A stretch of 64,000 nt of DNA, taken from positions 31,040 through 95,039 of the forward strand of contig CAMEXD010000002.1 in NCBI GenBank assembly GCA_945947035.1. The letters run 5' to 3'. Positions 36,515-45,267 of the stretch are shown piece by piece (positions within the stretch are counted from its first letter, which is position 1; each line of letters begins with the position of its first letter). A model generated the notes under the pieces. It saw nothing but the letters and a program-made list of their open reading frames with translations, was not told the origin of the DNA and searched no databases. Source of the DNA: an uncultured Mycoplasma sp. (GTDB lineage Bacteria > Bacillota_I > Bacilli_A > RF39 > UBA660). The translations under genes and the position numbers were made by a program.

Positions 36515-39433
36515 TTATGATAACCAACAAGCTGAATAAGTTTCACAGGTTGATGTATCACGACAAGTTGTTGTACAACTTTGATTATATCTTAAACAAC
36601 TACATGATGAACAACTCTTATAAGCACCACAATATTTAGTTGCATCTCTACAACAATATGGTGAGGATGGATCATCTTCATAACATTTTCCAGAAGTACA
36701 TACTGTTTTATAGCAACCATAGGCATTACATGTTTGTGAAGTACTTCCTGTTGAACTATTATAATAACTACCATATACCCAAGTTGAATTATATGAAGCA
36801 CATCCACAAGCAGCACAAGTATCATACTGAGCACAAGTTGTATCTCTACATGTTTCAGTACAACTTTGTTTATATGCCGAACAACTACAATTACTATTTC
36901 TTGATAAACTTAAAGATACACTTGAATAACCTGTATTACCATTAGCATCTTTTGCATGAACGTAATATGTTCCTGCGCTTGTTTTAGTAAATGATGCTGT
37001 TGTTGATGGTGTGCTTGAAATTGATGTCCAAGATGTTGGTGTTGCAGTCGAAGTTGTAATTGCATAACCTACTACTCCAGTATTATCAGCAATTGTTGCA
37101 TTTATTGTTGCACTTCCATTTCCTCCTGTTTTTGATAAAGTAACCGTTGGAGCTTCAGTATCAAGTCCTGTTACTGTTATAGAACATGATCCAACATTAT
37201 CTGCAGTATCTTTTACATATCCGGTATAAGAACCATTTACTGTAATATCTTTAGTATTTGTTGTACTATAGTTTGAATTATCAAATGAATATGGAGCATC
37301 AGCCAAATCAGTATCAGTTGATGTAATTGTTAAAGTCTTAATTGATGATTGTCCCTCAGGTGTTGCTGTAATCGTACAAGTTGGTGGAATTGTATCTTTT
37401 CCTACTAAGAAATAGGCACTAACATTACCAACATTATCTTTTACAAATATATAATAAGCATTTGATGATATGTATTCAACATTAGTAATGACGTTCTCTT
37501 CACTTGTACTAACCCAACCATCAGAATTAGCACTTGGAGTTGTTGAATCAAGTGAAACATAATAACCACTAAGTCCTGAACCTACATCACTAGCAGTATA
37601 GCTTAAATATTGAGTTCCTTCCTGATCAGTGTATGATGCTGAACTTATGACAGGAGAAGTTGTATCTATTTTAGAAACTGTTGTTGTACAACTACCAACA
37701 TTACCTAAATTATCTTTAACATAAGCAGTATAAGTACCATTTGCTGTTATATATTTTGCAACAACAGATGAATAATTAGTTCCATCAAATGAATATCCAT
37801 TAGGATCAATACCACTTGTTTCATCAGTAGCATTTACTGTAATGGTTTTTGTTGTTGTCCAAATATTTTCTTGAGATTGACTAATTGTACAACTTGGACT
37901 AGTTGTATCAAGTGTAATTGAATCAGCTCCTACACTATCATTGTCAAAATAAACATAAACCTCTTTAAGACCATCATTACTATCTAAAGTATAGTTTTTT
38001 GAAGTACTATAAGTTTCCCAATTAGAATTTCCACTACTACAATCAATATCTTTATTACTTGATAATGAAACACACATATTTTCTGCACCATCTACATTTA
38101 TAGTTAAAGTAACACTTGTGCTACTAGTATAACTATCTCCATTATTAACTAAAACAGCATTTTTTAATTTTGTTAAATTTGAAACAGTTAAAGTGCTTGA
38201 TTCTTCTGATGTTTCATTACCATTTCCACTATAATCTTTTACTATATTTCTTTTTGCTTTTAAAGTTGTTGTTCCATTTACATTTCTAGCAGTCAAACTA
38301 AAGGTATATTTAAAGCCATATCTATCTGTTAATTCTTCTTTTACTGGATTACTTATTTGAACAATATTTGAATCTGATAAAATAATATCACTTGCGGTTA
38401 CATCAGTATCAACCCAATCACCAGCATCACTGTCAACACAAGTTAAAACAAATTTAGCAGTTTCACCACTTGTTATATTATTAATATCAGGCCCTGTAAA
38501 AGTACAAACTGGAACACTAACATCAACATCTGTAACTTCAACTGTTGCAACATCACTAATATTACTATTACCATCTTTTACCCATACGTAATAAGTACCA
38601 TTTTCATAAATACTATCACTTGCATAACTTAAAGATGTACTTGTTTGCCAATTTTCTGTAAGTGTTGGAGTTTCATTTACATTTTTTATAATATAACCAG
38701 TTATACCAATATTATCTGTTGCTGTAACATAAATCTGCTTTCTAGTTCTTGTTATTCCATCAGTTGATGTAACACTAGTTATAATAGGTTTTTCTGTATC
38801 TTCTTCATAAGTTAAATTATCAACATTAACTTTAAAACCAAAAGTTCTATCTTTTATTGTTCCTGTTTGTGTATTACCATCTAGCTCATAATTTATATCA
38901 TTATCTTCATAATTTTCATCTATCCAAATTCTTAATCTATATTTTTGAGTGTTATTACCTGTATCTGTTGGAGTAATTGTTGTTGTATATAAAAGATATG
39001 AATTTGTATCATTTGGATACCTCATTAAATTACTAACTGAAGTTGGCATAACAATTTCATTGTCATCTTGATCTGTTAAATAAACTTTTATATATTTTTG
39101 ATCAATGTTATTACCATCTAATTCTTTTAAATAGATATTATAAGTAATTCCATAATTATAATCATTTTCTATATATATATTAAAGTCAAAATAATTGCTT
39201 TGTGTTTTTCCTTCTTCATCACTAATAAAAGAAGTATTAGTAATTGCAATTGCTTGACTTTCTTCAGTATATCTAAATACTAATCCCCTTAAATCTATTA
39301 TATTTTCCTTAGTACCAATAAAATTCGCACTAAAAAATGCAAACGACACACCTATTACTAGTAAAAATCCAATAAGTGCATAATAAAATAATCTAGATTT
39401 TTTTGTTTTTTTTAATTCCTTTTTATTTTTCAT
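36515..39433 (-). CDS. 972-aa secreted multi-Ig-like-repeat protein with a 127-aa C-terminal module containing 22 Cys
   Basis: N-terminus KKSRLFYYALIGFLLVIGVSFAFFSANF (TasA/SipW-type-like signal). At least five ~100-aa repeats delimited by D(T/V)xxPxCT. The C-terminus starts NSNCSCSAYKQSCTETCRD. Confidence 0.85.
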   Translation of the reverse strand: MKNKKELKKTKKSRLFYYALIGFLLVIGVSFAFFSANFIGTKENIIDLRGLVFRYTEESQAIAITNTSFISDEEGKTQSNYFDFNIYIENDYNYGITYNIYLKELDGNNIDQKYIKVYLTDQDDNEIVMPTSVSNLMRYPNDTNSYLLYTTTITPTDTGNNTQKYRLRIWIDENYEDNDINYELDGNTQTGTIKDRTFGFKVNVDNLTYEEDTEKPIITSVTSTDGITRTRKQIYVTATDNIGITGYIIKNVNETPTLTENWQTSTSLSYASDSIYENGTYYVWVKDGNSNISDVATVEVTDVDVSVPVCTFTGPDINNITSGETAKFVLTCVDSDAGDWVDTDVTASDIILSDSNIVQISNPVKEELTDRYGFKYTFSLTARNVNGTTTLKAKRNIVKDYSGNGNETSEESSTLTVSNLTKLKNAVLVNNGDSYTSSTSVTLTINVDGAENMCVSLSSNKDIDCSSGNSNWETYSTSKNYTLDSNDGLKEVYVYFDNDSVGADSITLDTTSPSCTISQSQENIWTTTKTITVNATDETSGIDPNGYSFDGTNYSSVVAKYITANGTYTAYVKDNLGNVGSCTTTVSKIDTTSPVISSASYTDQEGTQYLSYTASDVGSGLSGYYVSLDSTTPSANSDGWVSTSEENVITNVEYISSNAYYIFVKDNVGNVSAYFLVGKDTIPPTCTITATPEGQSSIKTLTITSTDTDLADAPYSFDNSNYSTTNTKDITVNGSYTGYVKDTADNVGSCSITVTGLDTEAPTVTLSKTGGNGSATINATIADNTGVVGYAITTSTATPTSWTSISSTPSTTASFTKTSAGTYYVHAKDANGNTGYSSVSLSLSRNSNCSCSAYKQSCTETCRDTTCAQYDTCAACGCASYNSTWVYGSYYNSSTGSTSQTCNAYGCYKTVCTSGKCYEDDPSSPYCCRDATKYCGAYKSCSSCSCLRYNQSCTTTCRDTSTCETYSACWLS

Positions 39434-39623
39434 AAATATCTTCTCCTACACTATAAAAATACCGTATTATACATAAATAATCTTATCATAATTTAAAAAT
39501 GAAGTAAAGGTCTTTTTGTTTTATATATCATGTTTTGAAATAAATTAATTTTTTATTTTATAGGCAAACACTATATCCCATTCTTATTTAAGATAATATA
39601 ATATATTGAAAGGAGAGACATAT

Positions 39624-39779
39624 ATGTACGGATACGGAGGATACGGAGGATGCGGCTGTGGTTATGGCTACGGTGGCGGAGGAGAATGGCTTTGGATTAT
39701 AATTGTAGTAATTATTGTAATTTGCCTATTTAATAATAGATGCGATTGTCATGATCACGATCGTAGAGACTGTCGCTAA
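39624..39779 (+). CDS. 51-aa mini-protein MYGYGGYGGCGCGYGYGGGGEWLWIIIVVIIVICLFNNRCDCHDHDRRDCR
   Basis: SD AAAGGAGAG 7 nt upstream of the ATG. A terminator follows immediately. Locally GC-rich codons in a very AT-rich genome argue for selection on the coding sequence. Below the ORF-track size cut-off. Confidence 0.65.
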   Translation: MYGYGGYGGCGCGYGYGGGGEWLWIIIVVIIVICLFNNRCDCHDHDRRDCR

Positions 39780-39784
39780 TTATA

Positions 39785-39816
39785 AATGACACATGATTAT
39801 ATGTGTCATTTTTTTA
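39785..39816 (+). terminator. Rho-independent terminator of the 51-aa ORF
   Basis: AATGACACAT / ATGTGTCATT 10-bp stem followed by T6. Confidence 0.8.
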
Positions 39817-39876
39817 TATTATATAATAACTATTAATCTCCGTAATAAATTTAATTGATAATTTATATAATTTAAT

Positions 39877-40239
39877 ATGGAAACAAACGAAAAAATAAAC
39901 GAGATAAATAGACTGAATTTTGAAGATTTTCTATGGATTATTTTTGCAATTCTTTGCTTTCTTAATGTATATGGAGACTATAACGAAAAAGAATATTTAA
40001 AGACAAATAGTAATATTTTTAAAAATAAATCAAATTATATATTTGAATTAACTATAACTGTAACGTTATTCATTTATATATATTTTTTTATAAGAAATTA
40101 TAAATTTTATCAAAAATCTGAGGATAAAAATCTTTATTCTGTAAAAGTATTCGGAAGTATTTTTTTAATCGTAGGAATTATCTGTCTTCTTTATTTTCAA
40201 AATAAACAAACTTCTTTTATTGGATCTCCTGGACTATAA
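39877..40239 (+). CDS. Small membrane protein (120 aa, three predicted TM helices)
   Basis: ORF with hydrophobic segments. I recognise no motif. Confidence 0.5.
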   Translation: METNEKINEINRLNFEDFLWIIFAILCFLNVYGDYNEKEYLKTNSNIFKNKSNYIFELTITVTLFIYIYFFIRNYKFYQKSEDKNLYSVKVFGSIFLIVGIICLLYFQNKQTSFIGSPGL

Positions 40240-40848
40240 TTTATTTACTTTTATAAACTCTTTTTTAAATAACTCTTTATCTTTTAAAAGCTTATCTATT
40301 TCTTGTAAAAACCTCTCATACTCCATATCTTTTATATAACTTTTAGCATAGCCACATGATCCATATTTATCTTTAGTATGGTTGTAGCACTCTTGTATAA
40401 TATCGTCAATTGAAAGATTTTTATTATATTTTATTGTATAACTATAACATCTTTTAAGAAATAAGTTAACATCTGTTTCTCTATCTGATGTTGATATAAC
40501 TTTTCCATAAATACTCCTTGGAATATTATTATTAGATGCTCGATGATCCTCAATTGCTTCTTTAATTATTATTCTTTCTTTTTCACTAAAAAATTTTTTC
40601 ATATTTTTATCGTTATAAAAAAATTCAGCAGATAAAATTTCATGTTTTTTTCTATCAATATGATGACAAATATCATGATAACAAGCTATAGTATAAGAAA
40701 TATTAAAATCTAAATTTAATTTTTTAGAAAAATATAAACTTCTTCTTATAACATAATTTATATGTTCTATTCCATGACCACTTTCATTTTTTTTATATAT
40801 TGGAAAAATATTATCTTCTATATACTTTTTTAAATTTTTATCTGTCAT
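40234..40848 (-). CDS. HD-domain phosphohydrolase
   Basis: H..HD pattern: GHGIEHINYV ... ACYHDICHHIDRKKHE. Confidence 0.65.
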   Translation of the reverse strand: MTDKNLKKYIEDNIFPIYKKNESGHGIEHINYVIRRSLYFSKKLNLDFNISYTIACYHDICHHIDRKKHEILSAEFFYNDKNMKKFFSEKERIIIKEAIEDHRASNNNIPRSIYGKVISTSDRETDVNLFLKRCYSYTIKYNKNLSIDDIIQECYNHTKDKYGSCGYAKSYIKDMEYERFLQEIDKLLKDKELFKKEFIKVNKL

Positions 40849-40849
40849 A

Positions 40850-41278
40850 TTAACTTAAAACCCTATAAAACTCTTCTTCTTCATAATTATCATAATAATT
40901 ATAATAATTCTCATATGAGATAAAATCATTTATAAATGAAGATACATCTTTAAAATAAGAAATATTATTTTTTACTACTTCTTGATAATTAAAATTATCA
41001 TTTATATAAACCATATTATCTAACACCGAATAATAACTCTTTATATTTTTTTCATCATTCAAAATGGAAATAACGCTTTGTAATTCTTCTAGGTATTTAG
41101 AAACACTTTTTGTTTTTATATTAATCAAGTTTAAATATTTTTTATTTTCTTTACAAGATTCTAGATAAGTAATAAATAAAGATAAATCAAGTTCTAATAT
41201 ATTTCTTGATACTAAAATTGCAAAAAATAATGACATAAAATCAGTAATGTTAATTTGTTCTTTTTTCATATAAATCAC
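40850..41278 (-). CDS. Hypothetical protein (142 aa)
   Basis: ORF only. It lies 1 nt upstream of the HD-domain gene. Confidence 0.5.
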   Translation of the reverse strand: MIYMKKEQINITDFMSLFFAILVSRNILELDLSLFITYLESCKENKKYLNLINIKTKSVSKYLEELQSVISILNDEKNIKSYYSVLDNMVYINDNFNYQEVVKNNISYFKDVSSFINDFISYENYYNYYDNYEEEEFYRVLS

Positions 41279-41405
41279 CTTTATTAAATATTATACATCA
41301 AAATTTTAATTAGTCGTTAAATATTAGACATTTTTTTTATTATTCAATTCATTAATTAGTTTTTAATAATAATTTATAATAACAAAAAAAGAAACTAAGT
41401 TCTTT

Positions 41406-42227
41406 TTAATTATTAAAGTTTACAAAAATACTTCCAATGCCACCATTTATATTTATAATATTATAACCTGTTCCATAAACAATATTATCTTCCATATTAT
41501 TACCATTAAGTTTTGCACTGCCAATACCTTTATCTAAACTTACTCTATAGTTTGAAAAACTATCTAAAATGTTTAAATTTAATTTTCCAATTCCAGAATC
41601 AATATAACTACTACCTTTTATGATAGAACTTAAATTAACACTTCCAACTCCAACTTCTAGTTTAAGGTTATTAATTACTCCACCATTTATATCGATACTA
41701 CCAACTCCACCATCTAAAGTTGCATTATTTAAAACATTTAAGTTGTTAATAACAGATTTACCTGCTCCTAAATCAAGTTCTAATTCTCTTGATGTTAGAT
41801 CAAAAATATCTAAATTACCTGCTCCCATTTCTATATCAACTTTATTAAATATATAATCTTTTGGAACATGAATGGTTAAATTACCACCATTATTTTTTAG
41901 TAAACTATTATTTTTTTCTTTAATTGTTAAAGTGTTTCCTTTTTGAGTTACTTTAATATTTTTATTTGTAGTTTCTGCTTTTAGATTATTTCCTTCTTTT
42001 ATAGTTAAATTAGATGCTTTAAGATCAATATCTAGTTCATAAATATTTAAAACTGGAACATTTAAATCAACTACATCTTTATTGTCTGTATTTTCTTTAT
42101 TATCATTTGATATAAAAGCATTAGATAAAGAATTAATTCCAAGTAAAATTGATGATATAATCAAAACAATCAAAGAAAATGCAAAAGCAAGAGCACAATA
42201 TTTTATTATTTTTTGGATACCACTCAT
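41406..42227 (-). CDS. DUF4097/LiaG-like beta-solenoid protein, membrane-anchored
   Basis: N-terminal TM, then repeated G(A/V)G(S/N)hxh units (GAGNLDI, GAGKSVI, GVGSIDI, GVGSVNL, GIGKLNL, GIGSAKL, GIGSIFV). The start is moved to MSGIQKII, which forms an ATGA overlap with the upstream stop. Confidence 0.7.
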   Translation of the reverse strand: MSGIQKIIKYCALAFAFSLIVLIISSILLGINSLSNAFISNDNKENTDNKDVVDLNVPVLNIYELDIDLKASNLTIKEGNNLKAETTNKNIKVTQKGNTLTIKEKNNSLLKNNGGNLTIHVPKDYIFNKVDIEMGAGNLDIFDLTSRELELDLGAGKSVINNLNVLNNATLDGGVGSIDINGGVINNLKLEVGVGSVNLSSIIKGSSYIDSGIGKLNLNILDSFSNYRVSLDKGIGSAKLNGNNMEDNIVYGTGYNIININGGIGSIFVNFNN

Positions 42228-42937
42228 TTTAATGAAACACCTCCGAATACACAAGTTGCATTAATATAAATTGTCTTTGTCTTTTTTTCGGTTGTTTCTT
42301 TTTTACTTTTACGTCTTTCATCTTCAACTCCACCGAAAATTGGTGTCGAATTAATTTTTATTTTAACATCATCTGGTGCAATAATTGTTATTCCTCCGAA
42401 TACACTTGTTGCGTTAATAACTACATCTTTTTTTATTTTAGCATTTTTTAAATCAAGTTTTACTCCTCCGAAAATTGCATCGATATTACAACCTGTAAAT
42501 TCTTCTTCATCAAAACATGCATTATTTTCACCAAAAGTTGCACAATATTCTGGTGTTTTACCATTTTCTTTTTCAAGTTTTTTTATGATATTTTTTACTT
42601 TAGCATTATTTTTAAATATTAATGATAAACCTACGACTATTAAAATAATTGGCAATAGTAATTTTAATAAAATATCAAAACTAAATAAATCATAACAACT
42701 AAGTAATAATAATATTCCAATTATTAATCCTATAATATCAAAAACTTTGTCTTTATCATAAAATAAATCAATAAAGCAAGGTATTATAATAAATAAAGTC
42801 CACCATCCTTTAAAAAATAAATTAATATTCGTAATTCCAAGTGAATTAAGTCCTATAATAAGACCAATAATTATCAAAATTAAACCCCATAATAAATTTT
42901 TAAATTGTTTCATAAAATTTCCTCCATTTTTATACAA
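42224..42937 (-). CDS. LiaF-like (DUF2154) membrane protein
   Basis: Four N-terminal TM helices. The C-terminal repeats FGGVKLDL, VFGGITIIAP, IFGGVEDE and VFGGVSLK are typical of the LiaF domain. Confidence 0.7.
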   Translation of the reverse strand: MYKNGGNFMKQFKNLLWGLILIIIGLIIGLNSLGITNINLFFKGWWTLFIIIPCFIDLFYDKDKVFDIIGLIIGILLLLSCYDLFSFDILLKLLLPIILIVVGLSLIFKNNAKVKNIIKKLEKENGKTPEYCATFGENNACFDEEEFTGCNIDAIFGGVKLDLKNAKIKKDVVINATSVFGGITIIAPDDVKIKINSTPIFGGVEDERRKSKKETTEKKTKTIYINATCVFGGVSLK

Positions 42938-42997
42938 TAATTATAACAAAAACGCCAAAAAAAAGAAACAAAAAATTGCTTCTTTTTATTAATGTTA

Positions 42998-43321
42998 TTA
43001 ATCTACAAGTTCATTACCATCTGCATCAGTCATATTTCCCATAAGAATTTGTATTCCTTCAACAAATCCCCATATAGCAGAAATAAAAGATAATAATCCC
43101 AAACTTAATACAGTAAGTAAAAGTTGAGTTGTACCTTTACTATTATAACCTAAATAAAAATTATGAACGCCAAGGTACCCAAAAAATATTCCAAGTAAAC
43201 CAGCTAAAATTTTTGACTTACCATTTCTTTGAATATTACCTTTTTTAATTACTTTTCCACAATGTAAACATACATCTGCGCCTTCATTTAATTCTTTTCC
43301 ACAATTTGGACAGTATTTCAT
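42998..43321 (-). CDS. Zinc-ribbon + TM2-domain membrane protein
   Basis: MKYCPNCGKELNEGADVCLHCGK followed by the TM2 motif GIFFGYLGVHNFYLGY. The start is moved to the ATG at 43321 after GGAGGA. Confidence 0.75.
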   Translation of the reverse strand: MKYCPNCGKELNEGADVCLHCGKVIKKGNIQRNGKSKILAGLLGIFFGYLGVHNFYLGYNSKGTTQLLLTVLSLGLLSFISAIWGFVEGIQILMGNMTDADGNELVD

Positions 43322-43331
43322 AAATTCCTCC

Positions 43332-43922
43332 TTATACTCCACAAGAACTACATGATAAATTGTTAATATCAATCATATATAATCTTAATTTTTCTTTTAA
43401 ACTATCAATTTTAGAAGAAGTCCAATACTCTTCTGGTGTTATATCTTCTGTTATAACTGAAGTTTCATTATCGTGTCCAATAATTTCACCATTTAATATA
43501 AATGTAACATCCGGAACAAAAACTCTTTCATTTCCTTCTTCATCATATAACATATAATCACTTAAAAGAGATACAATTTTTTTATAAGTTTCAGTATTAT
43601 TTTTTCTATCTTCTAAAATATTAAAATAATAGATTTTTTCTATTCCTTCTTCTTTAGCCACCTCATTTAAATACTTAACATAAGCACAACACCAAGGACA
43701 TTCAGGAAATCCTAAATAAACAACTCCAGTTCCATTTTCAAGTATTCTAATTATTTCAGAACCAGTTCTATATACAAAAACATTATCTTCTTCTATACCA
43801 TATTCTTTAGCAAATTTTTTATTATCAGTTTCTTCTTTATTTAAGAAAAAATATAAACCTATTCCTACTAAAACTAGTAAAAGTACAAAACCTAATAAAA
43901 ACATTAAATTCTTTTTTTTCAT
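43332..43922 (-). CDS. Membrane-anchored exported thioredoxin-fold protein (CPWC)
   Basis: N-terminal TM, then VVYLGFPECPWCCAYVKYLNE. It resembles Bta-type bacteriocin-accessory thioredoxins. Confidence 0.65.
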   Translation of the reverse strand: MKKKNLMFLLGFVLLLVLVGIGLYFFLNKEETDNKKFAKEYGIEEDNVFVYRTGSEIIRILENGTGVVYLGFPECPWCCAYVKYLNEVAKEEGIEKIYYFNILEDRKNNTETYKKIVSLLSDYMLYDEEGNERVFVPDVTFILNGEIIGHDNETSVITEDITPEEYWTSSKIDSLKEKLRLYMIDINNLSCSSCGV

Positions 43923-43978
43923 TACTTCTCACCTACATATATATAATAATATAATTTTAATAAATTTACAAATAATTT

Positions 43979-45166
43979 TTATTGAAAATAAATATTTGTC
44001 ACTTCCGTTGAATAATAAAAATCCGCTCCACCAGAAGTAATAGCTATACAATAATTTCCAGAAATACTTGAAATATCAAATAAATAAGTTGTAGTTGATG
44101 TACTATTAACTTTTTTATAGGATGTAAATTTATTTGTTCCTGGAGCATCAGAATAATATGCATAAGGAAGGTACCCAACAATTCCTCCTAAATAATCTCC
44201 ACCATTTAACATCCGCGCGGATATTATTAATGATGAATAATTTGTAAAATTATAACCTACAGATGATGTAAAACATAATATAATATAACCTTCATACATA
44301 CGTGTTGAAGTTCCATTTCCTGAAGCTGATATATAAGAACTACCAATACTACCAGTATAATCGACTGATTTAACACCCCAATATAATCCTGCATATCCAT
44401 TTTTATAAATAATTCTTTTATTAGCACTATATGTTGTATTTTTAGTTATAGTACTAGTGGTAAGAACAAATGAATCTGAAAGTAAAACATCATACCTATT
44501 TCCATAAAGAAGATAACTTCCATTTATACTAAAATTACCATTATTATAACTACTATTAACAAAATCATTCCAAGTCATTCCTTGATCAAAATGATATTCA
44601 TATGTTGCTCCATTTGATTGTAAATAAAATATTTTATATGATGTTACAATAACATTATCACTTACATTAGATTCTTTATTATAATTACCATTTATATCTT
44701 GGATTACATTTTCTTTTAACTTTATATTTCCTATTGTATCAATATCTCCTGAAGTTATTTCTATTATATATTTATAACCATTAGTTATTTGTTCTTTTTC
44801 TATATTACTTATTGTTATATCTCCTGTTATCGTAAAATTATCGCTTGTTAAAGTAGAAGAGACAACACCAAATTTATCAGTACAATTCATAATATAATTG
44901 GCATTACTATTTATTCCTATTTCTGATGCATCAGGTCCTTCTATTACACAAGTTGGTCCTATTAAATCACTATAAACTATTTTTATATTACTTTCTTGTT
45001 CTATTTCATAACTAAATAATGCATAGGATGTTAGTCCTACACATGATAGTATTACAAGTATTATCGCTATTAATAAATATTTATTTATTATTTTTACATC
45101 GGTTAAGAAAAAGTTTTTTAGTTTTTTTATCTGCTCATCTATTAATAAACTTTTTTTATCTTTCAT
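43979..45166 (-). CDS. Secreted protein sharing its N-terminal domain with the 972-aa protein
   Basis: Signal/anchor ending GLTSYALFSYE. The domain GPTCVIEGPDASEI...NCTD...GYKYIIEIT...IQDINGNYN aligns by eye with VPVCTFTGPDINNI...TCVD...GFKYTFSLT...VKDYSGNGN. The start is moved to MKDKK (ATG at 45166) after GGAGGC. Confidence 0.7.
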   Translation of the reverse strand: MKDKKSLLIDEQIKKLKNFFLTDVKIINKYLLIAIILVILSCVGLTSYALFSYEIEQESNIKIVYSDLIGPTCVIEGPDASEIGINSNANYIMNCTDKFGVVSSTLTSDNFTITGDITISNIEKEQITNGYKYIIEITSGDIDTIGNIKLKENVIQDINGNYNKESNVSDNVIVTSYKIFYLQSNGATYEYHFDQGMTWNDFVNSSYNNGNFSINGSYLLYGNRYDVLLSDSFVLTTSTITKNTTYSANKRIIYKNGYAGLYWGVKSVDYTGSIGSSYISASGNGTSTRMYEGYIILCFTSSVGYNFTNYSSLIISARMLNGGDYLGGIVGYLPYAYYSDAPGTNKFTSYKKVNSTSTTTYLFDISSISGNYCIAITSGGADFYYSTEVTNIYFQ

Positions 45167-45267
45167 TTTAGCCTCCATTTAAAAATAAAAACGTGTTATA
45201 TTATACGGGTTAATAATAACACATTTTGGTAATTTTTCAAATATTTATTAATTTAAAATTTTAAAAT

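Noticed and set aside
36592-36945. ORFs 36592-36834 (minus) and 36640-36945 (plus) overlapping the 3' end of the 972-aa gene, and 22123-22362 (minus) in the 754-aa gene
   Set aside because: These are alternative frames of the TGY/ACN-rich Cys-module DNA, which happens to be stop-poor. The main frame is continuous with the upstream 850 aa, and its Cys module is also found in a second gene.
36515-39433. Possible DNA-level tandem repeat or CRISPR-like periodicity in the large surface-protein genes
   Set aside because: The ~100-aa Ig-like repeats are recognisable only at the protein level (D-T-x-x-P-x-C-T boundaries). The nucleotide sequences are diverged, and there is no repeat-spacer regularity anywhere in the window.
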